Source of the DNA: Pocillopora damicornis
Taxonomy: Eukaryota
Assembly: GCF_003704095.1 (NCBI RefSeq)
Contig: NW_020846169.1
Location: 186,001-250,000 of the forward strand
Direction: 5' to 3'
Length of the DNA: 64,000 bases
Part shown: piece by piece, positions 11,721-24,945 of the stretch
How positions within the stretch are numbered: the stretch's first letter is position 1
How the letters are laid out: every line of letters begins with the position of its first letter
Notes under the pieces: generated by a model
The model's input: the letters and a program-made list of their open reading frames with translations, nothing else
What the model was told of the DNA's origin: nothing
Database searches by the model: none
Translations under genes and position numbers: made by a program

Positions 11721-14700
11721 AAGTAAGCACTTTGCGAGAGAGAATTACAAACAACTCAACGAGTATAAAATACTTCAAGGGAAGAATTGTAAAGGTGTTA
11801 GACAGGTAGAGGATTCCACTGATTGTTATCACTTTGCCAATTAGACACCTTTGTGGCAGTTACTATTTCTTATGACATATATTAACACACTGGCTCTGAA
11901 TTACAGTTCACTTAAAAGAAAACATGCAACATTCATCTGCTTTAAAGCTGACAAAACAGCTTTCAAATTGCCATTAAACTGGTGGATTTCATTTTTTCGA
12001 AGTCAGTATACTAAACGTTTAGCTAAAGATGTTTCGGAAGGAAGCATAATGTAAATTAAACTATCCATTTTTAATATCGTTAAAAATCTTTCAATTATTC
12101 AGTTTTGCTTTGTTTTCATGGACTGATTCCTATCGTAACTTTGCTTGTTTCGACGGAAAATTAGCACTGAATGACAGCATCTTTCCTTTACTCGACGATC
12201 GATTCTTCGCCATCAGACCCCGATCTGTTTCCATCAACAATCAATTTGAGACTCCCTCTCCTTATAATAACAACATGGATTCGATAATAAATGAAATCGT
12301 TATCAAAAGTTATCATATGCAATATTTTCTCACCGTAATTTCCCAGCTCGCACTCTATAGAGGTCTATACATGACAATGGAAAAAGCTGCGTATAAAAAA
12401 CTTAAAAGAGTCACTCTCTCAGTAAAATGTCTTTTTATTTCCCAAACATCTCGCGGCACAGGGTCTCTACAATAATACATACTGTATCTGGTTTATGGAT
12501 ACCTTCCTTTTTTTATAAAAAATAAATATTTGACGTTTGTTTGCTTTGACTCAAGGCAATTTCATTTTCGCCGTTTTAAATTATCAACAATGATTATCAT
12601 AGATCGAGGATCGAAAAAAACTTTGATGAATCTAAATACCGTTGTGAAACCACTGTAATCATTCCTTTGGGTTTTTTTTTTTTTCAATCACCCAAACAAT
12701 TCAAATGCCAACTACTCTGGGTAAAAGCGAACAACTCATTCAGTGCATGGCATAACTCTTAATTCTGTTACAGCTAATAAATTTTGACAGACTACTCGGC
12801 TATCGCCTGTCGGTCATAATGCAGTCAAAATAGAAATATTTGGTTCAAAATTTGTGTTTATATAGATCACACCAAAAAATACACTTTCACCTCAATGCCT
12901 CTTGTGTTTTATCTGACAGTATTCATGCTTCTCACTGTTAATAAAGTTCTGATTTTTGTTGAAATCGCCAAAAAAGTTGTATTACTTTAAGTTCTTTACG
13001 AGGAATATGTAAAACAAGTTCTTCAAGCATGACCCTTTTAAAAATTTACTGTTAGTCAATGGTGAACTGCTCGTTAATCTTCTCTCTAATCGATGGAGAT
13101 GCAGAAGATGATTGAACCATCTTCACTGCTAAAGCACATAGTTACATTTTATAGCAATATAACTGAACGAATGAATATCGTGTTATGTTTCCGCCAATAT
13201 TTTTAATTTACGCACCTTTCGTAGATCGAATGTACCGTTCTGTGTGTTGTCTGTTTTTTCGTTAAAATGTAACCCAATTCGGAGCTCCTGAAATATATAA
13301 CATGATCATATTGGTGAATAGGTAGCTCTATGGAAGACATTCGTTATCATACCGATTAAAAATTAACATTTCACAGTACCTTCAAAAGCGACAGGCACCA
13401 GTATATACATGGGTATTGTATCGGCTGCAATAACATTCGGTGTCACAAATAGAAACCAATATACGGCCTTAAACAGCTGCTTATACAACCCTGAATCATT
13501 AATGACGGACTCCAGCGACGATGAAACCTGTGCCAGGTCTACAATAAGTTTTTATAGACTTTTAACTTGTGAGTTTGTATCAAATGATATCGATCTTGAT
13601 TTTGTACTGAGTCAATATTTTTTACTTTTGAAACAGGACTGTTTAACTTGAATGGATTAGCTTTCTTTGCCCTTGTGACAGATAGGCGTAACATTCTCGA
13701 AATTACTTCTAAATGTTATATGCTACAGCAATGGTGTGCTGATTAATCCCGATCACCGTCGATTGAAACAGCCTCAAATTGTATTATTTCACTTCAGTGA
13801 CCTTAAGCCATAATTTGACTAATTTGCATTAAGCGTCTTCGTAAGCTGACGAGAGACAATGTTCTAAAGTGACTATGATTTGACAGAATTCAGCTGGCTT
13901 ATTGAACAATTTAACAGAACTAGATGGCTATTAAAATTAAAATTGTTCCATTCCATAAAAAGTGAAAATAAAGTTTGAATTTAAGTAAAAAAAATTTACA
14001 GCTTTGACAGTTAAAACAATCGAAAGTTCATATTAGAGAACAGGCTCTTTTAAAGCAGCTATAATTACCATAATGAGTCATGCAAAGTCTTTTGGTAAGT
14101 TTACAATTTAAAAAACTCCCTTGGAGGAGGCTTTTCACTTTTAAGATACAAATCCTTAAATTCACAACACAAAATCTTACGTTCTGTAAGTTCTATCGAA
14201 TAATAATTACCATTAGAGATTTGACATATATTTCCTATCAAATGCCTTTGAAATTCTTAACCTTGGGCCTCTTTTCACCAAAAAAGAATTTCTTTCAGTT
14301 GCTAACAAAACACTGTTTCCATTAAAAAGGCTCTCTGTCTGATCCTTCTCGAGGGTTTTAAAATTTTTCCTGTCGACCGAGGTTAACTGAAACAGTTAAT
14401 TGCTTTCATAGTGCGACCGCTATAAAAGCGTTTCGATTGTCTTCTCAGACGACCCTGCCACACAAATAGTTAATCAACGTTGAAGTTGAGGGGTTTGAAA
14501 TTTGGATTTCAAATTATTCCTTTTCACTTTATCAGGGAAGTGATTTTAAAATTCTCTATCCAGCTTCTTGGAAGAAGAAAAGTTATACCCTTGGACTTTC
14601 CCCAATGATTATGAAAGATCTATGGCTAGATTCCTGGGTTTAAGCATGGTAACGAACTCATCAGCCTCAAACTATACATGTGTGATTCTGAAAAGAGAAT

Positions 14701-15981
14701 TCACTGATGAACCTGGTAAATGTACCTTGATGTAGGAAAATAGAAGACGCGGCCTATGAACGAGCATAATTCATTTTCCGAGACTAACAACTGTTTCACA
14801 TTGATTGTCACAATAACAGTTCTTCAATGAAACCGGTTTTTCAACATAATTTTGACAAATCAATGCGTAGAAAGCTATTTTGAGTTTTCATTGTGTCAAA
14901 TAACAAGCTGTTTCATCGAAAACATGAATTGATTATTGTTGTAAACAAAGAGTTCTGTCTCACTTTGCTTAAGCTTAAATGCCGTAGGTTTTAAGCTTGA
15001 TAAAGGCGATCTATTTGGATTTATCTACCGAAGGGAAACCATTTGAGATTTCGCCACATTCCGGAAACTTAAGCTTTTCAAAAACGCCGTGCTCACTTCC
15101 AATTAGAGGACATATAAAACTATCTATAGAATAAGCATTGGAATACGCAAATTTTTTTTTTCAGTTGTAAGCCTCGTGACAAAGTTAACCCTTCAAGAGT
15201 AAACTCGCTAAAAGAACGGGAACACAGGATTTATGAAGCCAAGTCTAGAACTGAAATAAAAATTAGAAATCCATCGCAAATGCATGTAGTCAGCGCTACA
15301 ATAAATAGCTTTTTTCTACGAAAATGGGATGAATCTGACAACAAAACATAGGTCTTTGGACGCGTTATAAAGTGCCAAAGAGTTCTTAATACTGTCAAGT
15401 AGGATGGAATCACCCAACTTTCATTTCCTGAAGATCTTTCGTTGAAAAATTGACTGATATCCTTGGTATTGTCAATTTGCAACTGTTTTGTCAAAGAAAT
15501 TAGTGAAATTTGGCATCTATTGTGGACGATATATACAACTTAGCCCGTATTTAAAAAATTACGCCGACAGGAGCGCGATGAACCAAACAGCTCGATTTAT
15601 TGTTGCAATTGATGTTCCTTTGTGTTTCACAAAGATCACTTTTAAGGCTTTGAAGTTGTTTAGGATGATTCTGGGCAAAAATACATAAATTTCACCGAAT
15701 TTGAGATACGGACGGAAAAGTCAAGGATGGTCAATTATACAAGAAGTTCTGAATGCCTTAAAATAGACTGAACTTTGATGGATTAACATTTTTGACAGCT
15801 TTTGTCTTGTTGAACCAATCAGATTATTTGAGCCATTCTAACAAGGATTCTGACAGGCTTATTACATCTTGCTTTATGAGAGTATAGAGCATGCTGACCA
15901 CACTGTAGTTCGTTTTGAAAATAAAATTTCTTTTGAAAATGAAAGTGGTGCGTGGGGAATTTTACGGATACTTTTTCATCA

Positions 15982-16148
15982 AACAAATAGAGAAGCCTTG
16001 AGTGTGTTCTGTTCTGTTGTAAAGCACTTAGCAAGCGGCTAGAGCGCTCAAGAAGTGGGGAGAAACACTCGACTACGTCGTTGTGCCCCAGTCGCTTCCT
16101 GCGTGCTCTCCAACAGAACAGAGCACAGTCAAGGCTTCTCTATTTGTT
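15982..16148. mobile_element. MITE / foldback element with ~38-bp terminal inverted repeats
   Basis: Left arm aacaaatagagaagccttgagtgtgttctgttctgttg pairs with right arm caacagaacagagcacagtcaaggcttctctatttgtt. There is a central gactacgtc mini-hairpin. Confidence 0.8.
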
Positions 16149-18364
16149 GAGTCTCGTTTCCTTTTAGGTCGGACTGTGCTATAACTTGTCGTGGGACGTT
16201 TATCGTTTATACGTGCCTCCTTAGGCAATACAATATTCTTCATGGCCGAGCATCAGCAACCCGAATGAACGAGAGATAATGTCAACAAGAGAGGAACTGA
16301 AATCAAAGAAAATTGCTTTTACAAATATTTCAAAAGCACAAAGCGCAGAGATCAATTTCGAGTACACACGGGAAAAATATAATCTATCAAGCTCTTTCCG
16401 TGAACAGTATCATTTCGCGGTCGTTGAATCAACTGTAAACTTAGTGATATCATAATTTCGAAACGGCTGCATATGACATGTTTGAATTCACTCAGCCCCG
16501 TCGCCTTGTTTCAAAAAAGAAAATCCTAAAGTTTTGGGAAAATCTATCGAGCAAGTTTGGAGACCGTCCCCAAAAACTGTTTAACGGGACTTCCCCATCA
16601 TATTAGCATAACAGTAGCCATGCCGCTATTTCAAACTTCAATCCTATGGTCAACACATGTGAGAAATTGGTTTGACTAAGAAGAGGGAAAGTTGGTTTTT
16701 GAGCGCTTTGAAAATAGTCGGAAAACTTCTTCCAACCACCCGAAACATCAGCATATCAAAACCCGTTTTCGTGAAAATGTCTCAAAATAATATTTGACTC
16801 GCAGCGTTGGTAATGCGCTAATGTCATATTTATATGTCAAGTTACCATGACAGGTTATCTTCATTTTCATTGCGGAACGCGATTAACACATCGAGACTTA
16901 AATTAGAATTCGACAAAATCTACACAACGAAATGCTATGAAATCTTATCTGAAGGTTTGATCACATTTTCTATGGTATACCGATGCAAAAAGCCCCGAAA
17001 AAATAGTACAATAAAACTCACTCTCTTAAAACGTGTCCCTGTTTTCTAAACATCTAACGGGATAGTCGTCATAATGGTAATCGATTTAATTTCGAGTTCC
17101 TTTGTTTGTTGACAAACCTACGACATTTGCCGTTTCTTTGCGTTGCTTTAGGGAGATTTTATTAGCACTGAATTTCATGGATCGGAAGTACAAGTCTACG
17201 ACAAAGTCTATTTTCCCTGACCTCAAACGACCCGATGACTTTCCTTTTTAGAGTTGATGAGACAAAAATAAGATAAATGTATTAATAATCAATTGTGATA
17301 TTCTGTACCTCTCCCCGATGGTATTTTCGCCTTCTTGCTGTCTTTTAGGTTAACACACTCTAAATGCCTGTAATATGTAAAATGAAGATATTGTCATAAA
17401 ATGAATGGTATGGAAGATCATTATTTTATCATTTTTAGATGCAGAAACCAGCATTTCCCAGTACTTACCAAAGCAAAGGCCTCGACACTATATGGATTTT
17501 GAATCAGTTGCAGTTACAAACAATTCCATGGTCAGAAAACATTAGATAGCTTGAACCATCTGCCATATATGTAGGTTTTCATTCACGACAATATTTTACA
17601 ATCTACATCCATCTGCTTTGAGAAAGCCTATGCAGAAATACTAAGTCTGCATTCATTCATCGTGTAATTCATCACTTTCTTCTAGTTTTCGTTAGAAAAG
17701 TTTCACGACTGTTCATTTAAAAAAAAATTTAGCGATTTATCTCAATTTGTCCACTTCGAATATAATACGTGAGGCAATGCAGAAAGTTTCGTATCAATAG
17801 AGTTTATTACCGATGTTATCCAATCAGGCAAACTCTGGGCCAGAAAGCAGCCCTCCCTCCCTCCCCTCCCCGCTTGCAAGTTAACTACGTTATCAACAAT
17901 CCCTTTTTATACTTTCTACAATTACGCGCGCTGTAGTTGTAAGCTAAGCTCTTTCTTAAATGAATTTGTAATTATCTAGTACTTCAAACACAAGAAATAA
18001 ACCAAACCGTTTTGGTTGCCATCGAGTTTTTCAAAATAAGTTTAATTATAGAGACAAACAGCTGGAACAAAAAGAGTCGTATATATAATTAATAAGGTTC
18101 AAGTGATAAGATTTGCATACGCTTTTTGACACGAAAAGTTATGTGATTAAAAAAAGAACTCAAATGCGATGCCAGCATACCGGGGGCTCGTTAAAAAATT
18201 TATTTTATGTGAGGCTAGAAATGAGTGGTATGATTAAAATCACAAGCTAGAATAGGTCACGGAGTATGCCGTACTAGACATTGAAAAGTATTGGGGAACC
18301 GAATTGTAGAGCGATATTGTAAACAAGACGCTGCTATGATAGTAGGAAACTTATAACGATAACG

Positions 18365-18470
18365 AGTTATTTTTGACGAATGAGTATGCAAATAAGGCTG
18401 AATTGCATATTTTGCCAGCGCGAGATGCAACAGGGCCTGAGAACCAGGCCAGAGGTACCACAGTCGAACA
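18365..18470 (+). repeat. Dispersed repeat copy; inverted partner at ~25370-25480
   Basis: ttgacgaatgagtatgcaaataaggctgaattgcatattttgccagcgcgagat aligns to the reverse complement of 25415-25475. Confidence 0.6.
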
Positions 18471-19194
18471 AACCCATATAAAAGCATCCTTCCAGTCCGT
18501 CCATGGCTTCCTTGGTTTAGTTTTCCAGGTTTTAATCCTCCCTAATGTTTTTTTAATCGTTTATTCTATCTATTATTTTTGTTCCTCTATTATTTTCTCT
18601 GGGGAAAAAGGAAGACCTTAATGGAAACTTTTTACACAAAATAGAAAAAAAAAAGATAAAACGATGATAATAAGAGAAAGTATAGCAAAAACGAAAGCCG
18701 AATTCTCGGGGAGGAATTACTCAGCCCCCAGGCCAGTTCGAAAGTCACTCCTCGTCCGCCAGCTCCAAATTGCATTCGGGGAGTGGTTTTTCGAGGGGTC
18801 TTGATGAGGGGCAACTTTGAAGGTTGACGGTTGTTTTTTGATTGTTACAGTTCATGGTGGACCGTTCAATTTCAGGGCCTTTGACGGTTGGCATCCATTA
18901 AAAAGATAGATATCTATGAGTTGATATTGAATTTATCTGTTTTATCAATGTTGTGGTAACATGCATCTTCACGCTTTTAAGATACTCATTCGGTTCTTAC
19001 CATAGTATCTCAAATACCTTTAGGATACTCCTTCCTTTGAAAGAAACCTTATCATCTCGTACATCTTAGGGTTGACTTACTTTTGATTGCTTCGAGCAGC
19101 TGAAAGGGACCCTTCAGATCATTTTCATGCAAATTATTATTTCTTTAAACCCTGATAGAATTAACATTTATTCTATTGTGTTTGATCGAGTGAT

Positions 19195-19888
19195 GGGCAA
19201 ATCAAGGGTATCCATCCCCAACCCAGCGGGTCACAGGTGGCGGATAGTGAAAGGCCTTCAGTGAAGGTTAGCTCCGAATTAGAATTCCAGACTCCAAAAC
19301 AAATTGACCAAAAACACTTGCCCCAACACAGAAGATCCTGTAAAGAAATCGCAAGAAGTTAAAGACACCCTACAAGAAACTACAGCAGAGGTAGCTTCAC
19401 TACGCGAAGAAACCAAGATTAGTTTGCTGAGAATGATACCGAAATCTAAAGGCCACTTGATAACAAAGGACTCTGCCATGAACATCTACTTGCCCACCCA
19501 AATGATCAAAAAGGCCGAGGTGGATTAAAGAGAAGCGTACAGCAAATTCCAAGCACAGTTGTGGAACATGGAAAACAACTAGTGGATAAATATTGCTGAG
19601 AAAACACTACAATTTGCTAACCAAGAAAACACAAGAGCCTTCTAGAAATGTTTTCGTGGAGTGCACGGTCCCACCTTCCAAATACAAGCTCCGTTGGGCT
19701 CGTCAGATGGTGCTATCCTGTTTACTGATAAAGAAACCACTCTACAACCCTGGGCTGAACACTAATTATGAGAACCTGTTTGGCGTAGAGAGAGTGGTAG
19801 AAGAGTCTTCAATAGAAAACATCCCACAACAAGAGCCGAAGACGGACCTTGACAATCCACCAACAAGGGAAGAAATTAACACAAACTC
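19195..19888 (+). mobile_element. Degenerate RTE/BovB-like LINE fragment (endonuclease-RT linker), cut by the gap
   Basis: The frames carry KDTLQETTAEVA and YENLFGVERVVEESSIENIPQQEPKTDLDNPPTREEI, typical of the region preceding the RTE reverse transcriptase. Confidence 0.7.
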
Positions 19889-19988
19889 NNNNNNNNNNNN
19901 NNNNNNNNNNNNNNNNNNNNNNNNNNNNNNNNNNNNNNNNNNNNNNNNNNNNNNNNNNNNNNNNNNNNNNNNNNNNNNNNNNNNNNNN
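19889..19988. other. Assembly gap (100 N)
   Basis: Run of N. Confidence 1.
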
Positions 19989-20201
19989 CTATTTTCCCCT
20001 TTTACTTCTCTTCTCAATAGCTTCTAGTCTCGTTTTTACAACGTAACCGGTGGCACCTGAAAGCGCTGCGGCTGCTACTGCTTTACCACCAGCTATCAAA
20101 GCTAGAAAAAGAGCTGCCAAGGGTAACAATCCTCCTTTCTGTGATTTATTTCTTCTCATTTTTTTCTTTGCTAGTCGTTTTCTACTTTTCAACTTTGTCA
20201 T
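19989..20201 (-). CDS. Adenovirus pX-like basic core protein of the Polinton relic
   Basis: A K/R-rich N-terminus is followed by QKGG/LLPLAALFLALIAGG, which resembles the GG-cleavage site plus hydrophobic tail of adenoviral pX. Confidence 0.65.
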   Translation of the reverse strand: MTKLKSRKRLAKKKMRRNKSQKGGLLPLAALFLALIAGGKAVAAAALSGATGYVVKTRLEAIEKRSKRGK

Positions 20202-20510
20202 CGTTTTCGTCTTCCGGGGCGATAGTAATTGACGTTGTCTTTTATACCTTCTAAGCTCTGTTTCACCAAGAGTCTACAAAAAGCATCAAAGGTGGGAGCA
20301 GGACCTGACAAAAACATGCTCATGCCTTCTGCTATTTTATCTGTGGTGGACGGTCCACCATTTAAACTCCTTTTCGTTGTTCTCATAGGTGCATCTCCTC
20401 ACTGCTTTCTCCATGATATCCATCTTCTTTTTTTAGTTCTCATGATTTTTCAGTTCTTTACTCCATTGTATTCTCGGGTAAAATATAACAGCACATGCAA
20501 CCTTCCTCTT

Positions 20511-21103
20511 TTAATAGGTGACTGGACAGTCGAAATCATCGTGATCCAGGGTTGAAGATCCGAATGGTCTTTGAGTAGTTTTCCTGTACACATTCATCAC
20601 TTCTTGCCACTTATGAGGAAAAGCTTGCGATGATACATTCCTCATCCCCAATTGATTCCTAGGATTCCTGAAGGTCACAATGTGATGGGAATTTCTTGAA
20701 ATACTCTTGAAATATTTTCCGGGTAGAAACATATCTTGGCGCAAGCACACGACAGTAATGTTCCGATGATGAGAATGTTTGGTGAACAAGTCTAAAACTT
20801 CTTTATCGTTTCCCCCTTCGACCATAAGATCGTCCAACACCAGTAAGCCACCTTTTGGGGACCACGTTTTCAATTGTTTAAGGTCTGGCACACCTTCACG
20901 AAAATTATTTTTGATTTTCTCAAAAAGGAAAACTTAGCTTCCTATCTTCCATAACAATACACCACTATTAGGGGAATGTCTACAAACAACTCATCTATAT
21001 GATCAGTCAAGACAGATTGTGTAAAACAAGTTTTACCACACCCAGAGTACCAACCGCTAGAATGCTGGAAGGTGTCTTGCCCTGAAACATTTTTGTCCTT
21101 TCC
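20511..21103 (-). pseudogene. A32/FtsK-like packaging ATPase (frameshifted)
   Basis: Walker A PSSILAVG(T)-SGCGKT spans a 1-nt frameshift near 21045. Walker B is GGLLVLDDLM, followed by LFTKHSHHRNITVV and RNPRNQ. Confidence 0.85.
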
Positions 21104-21484
21104 ATTTTTCTCCGATCAAATGTGTTTCCCCAAATATCACAGACAGTTTTATAACATAGTTTTGACCGGGCGGATGGGAATGGAACCCCGTTCTCCCAAG
21201 TGACCCTTGTACTATCGAGCCTTTTCAAATATACACGGGTAGGGGTGGAACCTACAGCCTCGATGAATGAAACACCCTACTCTAGCCGACTAAACTACCA
21301 GCTTTACCCAATGAGCGCAACACAAACATTTGAGTTTTAACAATCATGCTAATTGAAGTACAAAAATCGATACACCTAATGTCGAATGTCACGTCTTTAA
21401 GTCTATTGATGACGATTCTTTTGACTGCTGTGAAACCGTATTTCAGCCTCCATTTCAGTTTCTATAAACTGTTTGACATCTGAC

Positions 21485-21930
21485 CTACTTTAAGGTTGTT
21501 ATATACGTAATTGTGTTCCGAAACTGTTTCGATAATTCCTGCATCGTTTGACCCATGGCACTTTCTCTCAAAATCTTTATTGCATAGTCTCCACAACTCT
21601 GACTAAACAAAGATTGCAGACTGATGGCGTTCATAACAACGTATTTCCGATGTTTCTTCATCCATTCAATTAAGGGTTGAGTAGCTTGGTATACCTCGAA
21701 GGATAAGGTATAACTATCTATTACCTCACAGGTCTTGCTATATGTCCATAGGCCTGTCCAACGTCTACCAGGCATGCTATGGGAATTTGTATTCATGATA
21801 TAACCCACTTAGTGTTGTTTCTGGGGTCTGTTAGGTAATTTGTCGCAGGGAACAGTTCCTTTAAATGAGGCAACAACACAGAGTCGTGCCTTGCCCTATA
21901 TAAAAAAAACTGCACGTTGTTCATGGTAAT
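21485..21930 (-). pseudogene. Adenain-like cysteine protease (degraded)
   Basis: YIMNTNSHSMPGRRW (NTD..PG.HW), IDSY and LQSLFSQSCGDYA (Q...S..CG.Y). The catalytic His appears mutated. Confidence 0.8.
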
Positions 21931-21943
21931 GTTTTCTATTTCT

Positions 21944-22700
21944 TTAATTTCCAGTGATATCGTGCAACATGGCTCGATTAAAATCGATTTCCAACAAGTT
22001 TTCAAATTCAGCATAGACTAAGACTACCATGTTATGAGCTTGTGGAGCACTGAACACTTCTATTTGTAGTTCTCCACTTTGTCTTGGATCCATGGCAGGG
22101 CAATCCACACATCCACTAGGCACATTGGCAATGGCAAACAATGTGCAATTCTTTGCATATCCCCAGTCTTGGAATCTGATCATGTTTCCCCTTTGACTAA
22201 ACATCCTGTTGCTTGCAAAAATCGGTAATTATCTGTCATGTCTCTCTCTTAATTATTACTGTTCAATTACAAGGGTTGAAACGAATACTCTTCACCTCCA
22301 AAATATTGAAGGATGGAGTTAGTACCTTTCTTTTGGAACACAAAGGGATTAGAGGCGTAGTTATCATGAAAGGCTCTAGCATTTACTAAGCGAGTGACGA
22401 TCCTGTTTAGAATCTGTATTGGAAAGGATTGTCGATTTGTAGACGCCATAGACCAGCTTGGGATGGGTAATCCCTAATTTCAGTCCTCAAGGTGGGATAC
22501 ACAGCAATTTGATGTTTGGTGTTTATTGTGGCCATTAATCCTCTAAACACATCATCGTTGAGTCGGAGAAGGCAGAGGTACATGCGTATTTTGATATCAT
22601 CAGGCTCTATTCAACTCTTTGAGATAGTATCAGTCTTTTCAGCATCCAAGAAGAGTTCAGGATCTTTAAGATTAAACTGAATATTGAATTCAATTCGTCA
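21944..22700 (-). pseudogene. Double-jelly-roll major capsid protein, C-terminal part (frameshifted)
   Basis: LVNARAFHDNYASNPFVFQK...GEEYSFQPL and CTLFAIA...GELQIEV...VLVYAEFENLLEID match Polinton/adintovirus MCP C-terminal motifs. Confidence 0.8.
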
Positions 22701-24519
22701 CTGGGAAGTTTTAATGTTTTTCATTTTTGTGTTCTAATTTCAGGGCTTTGTCTTGATTAGATTAGTTTAATGTTTCGAGATTACGCAGGCCTTATACTAT
22801 TCATTCTCCCGAGATATTCCCGAATCGTCCAGATAATGATGCTCATTAGGTACTGTAATCCTGGAGGTGAACAATTCTTTGTTGGAGTACTGCATTCTTT
22901 GGCTAGTTGATTTCCAAACACGCATCTCGCGCATCTGTTTTTAACCGATCGAGGTATCAAAAGGCCTCCATGTGACTCAAATGGTGACATACAAGTGGTT
23001 AATTACCTCGTGCATAAGAAATAAGTTCGAGAATGGTGTGTTCTGAAGCCACCGAATTCTGAGTGCGAGCAAGCTGTATATCTCCTTCATGTTCTTTAAT
23101 CCTCTCTAATTCTTCTCACAATTGTGACAAGCTGTTAAGGAGGAAGTAAATGAGAATTATTACAATTGTCAACTTGGTGCTACTGCCTTGATGAAACTTT
23201 AGATTCTCAGGCATAACAAACAAAAGGTGTGGGCCTTTATTTGGGAGGATTACTATCAGATCTTGATTGTTCAAGAATGCGGCTCATACTAAATTGATTC
23301 ATCTGTGGCATTGCGAAAAAAACCCAAAGAACAGCCGCAGACACTGGAATTTTAATCGTAGGCCTTAGGAGTCAGTCGTTGCCTAAATAAATGCAATTTC
23401 TCTTTCATGTGTAACACAAGCATACAAAAAACTAATTTATTGTTTTCCAAATGTGTTGCTTAAAATTTTCATTATCCTCGATATGTGTGCTGATTCTAAA
23501 AACACGAATTCAATGAAGGAAAATTTCATGAAGTAAATACTTACAGTTCACTAAAGAGCCAACAGTCCCGACAAAAAAGATTTCGATGGAATTCGAATAA
23601 GACCTGATCAAGGGGGACAGTTCCTTATAGTTGACTAACAGTCAGGCTTCGCCTGTAATGTAGCTCAGGAAGGATTCCACATACTACGAGGTCTTCTACT
23701 GCGTGAGAATTACAAGTGCCACTTAGCGAACACGTGAGCACGTGTCCACTTAGTGGAGACCAACTTTGGAGTTAATGCTGAAGATAACAGTAAGGACTTA
23801 TTAAACTAACGTCCATTCAAACTGGGTGTCCGTCAAATATAAAATTCCATGAAGCGCAGATGTTAAATCAATGGCTTTGTAAAGCACATACATTGAAATA
23901 AAGGAGTGGTAATTGGCTCATAATTTCTTCGAGTCTGTATTTTTGATTGACTTTCTCTTCTACCATTTTTCTTTAGCTTTTATATCTAATAGATTAATGT
24001 TATGTAACATCACAGAGGAATCCAGAACTAGGATACCTTACATGGGATAAGCACACGTGAGGTCTACACATTATAGTAAGACTTCATTGGAGTTTCAAAT
24101 GTACACTGTAACAAAACCTTGTTTATCGCCCTGTCATCTCGTCAGTGCGATGTTATCTTGCCCCGGACCCCCCACCATTAAAGAAATGTAGCATGATAAA
24201 AAAAATTATATTAGACTTCCGACACGTCCTCATGTCTGAGTAAATGAAAAAACCCAACAAGCACAGCGGCATGCACGCAAATAGCAAAGCTTAGAGTTAG
24301 GGTTGACACATAAGATCTTTGGGGGAGGACCTAGAAAGAACCAACCCATAAAAAGTCCGTAAGAGCTTATGTGAAAAAGGTACAGTAAATTAATAAGAGT
24401 GTTCTTCGACCTTTCGTCTTAAAGAGGTATAACATGCTATCACGGCCAACTGCGTGATGGCCATGCAAAACTGGCCGTTATCTGCACAATCTTTCCGTCC
24501 GGCTGTCAGTTAAGCTGGT

Positions 24520-24945
24520 AAACCCACCTCAGAGAACTACAATCTAAAAAAGTACATGTACAATCAATCATGCCAGTAAGGGTGATAAGACTACGCATCA
24601 AACAAAATTAGCGTAAAACTACCAGTTAGGTTAAGAAGTCCACTACTTTGCGCCAAAATGTCCCATATACGCACGTGTACAAATCATGCTAGTCAGGGTA
24701 ACAAACTTACAAATCAAAACAAAATCAAGCATGCATAAATTTGCCAGTCAAGTTGGGAAGTCTACTACTTTAAACCAAAATACCTCATATGTGCACGAGT
24801 ACAAATCGTACATATCAGTTAGGCTAATAAGCTTACAATCCAACAAACCTAACATAAAACTGCCAGTAAAGCTGAGAAGTCCACTTCTCTGAACTTAAAT
24901 CTCAAATATGTACACGTGTACAAATCGTACATGCCAGTTAGGCTG
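24520..24945 (+). repeat. Diverged tandem repeat, ~120-bp unit, ~3.5 copies
   Basis: gaagtc(c/t)act recurs at about 24636, 24757 and 24876, and gtacaaatc recurs with the same period. Confidence 0.75.

Larger units (their letters stand above)
19989..23300 (-). mobile_element. Decayed Polinton/Maverick (adintovirus-like) virion gene module
   Basis: Co-oriented fragments of major capsid protein, adenain-like protease, packaging ATPase and a pX-like basic protein. The left side is lost in the gap and the right boundary is approximate. Confidence 0.85.

Noticed and set aside
6500-18300. Many 60-120 aa ORFs in the intergenic region
   Set aside because: No recognisable domains or consistent splice chain; apart from the LINE fragment they look like chance ORFs.
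24520-24945. Possible CRISPR-like repeat/spacer array
   Set aside because: Whole units are homologous with no unique spacers, the context is eukaryotic, and there are no cas genes.
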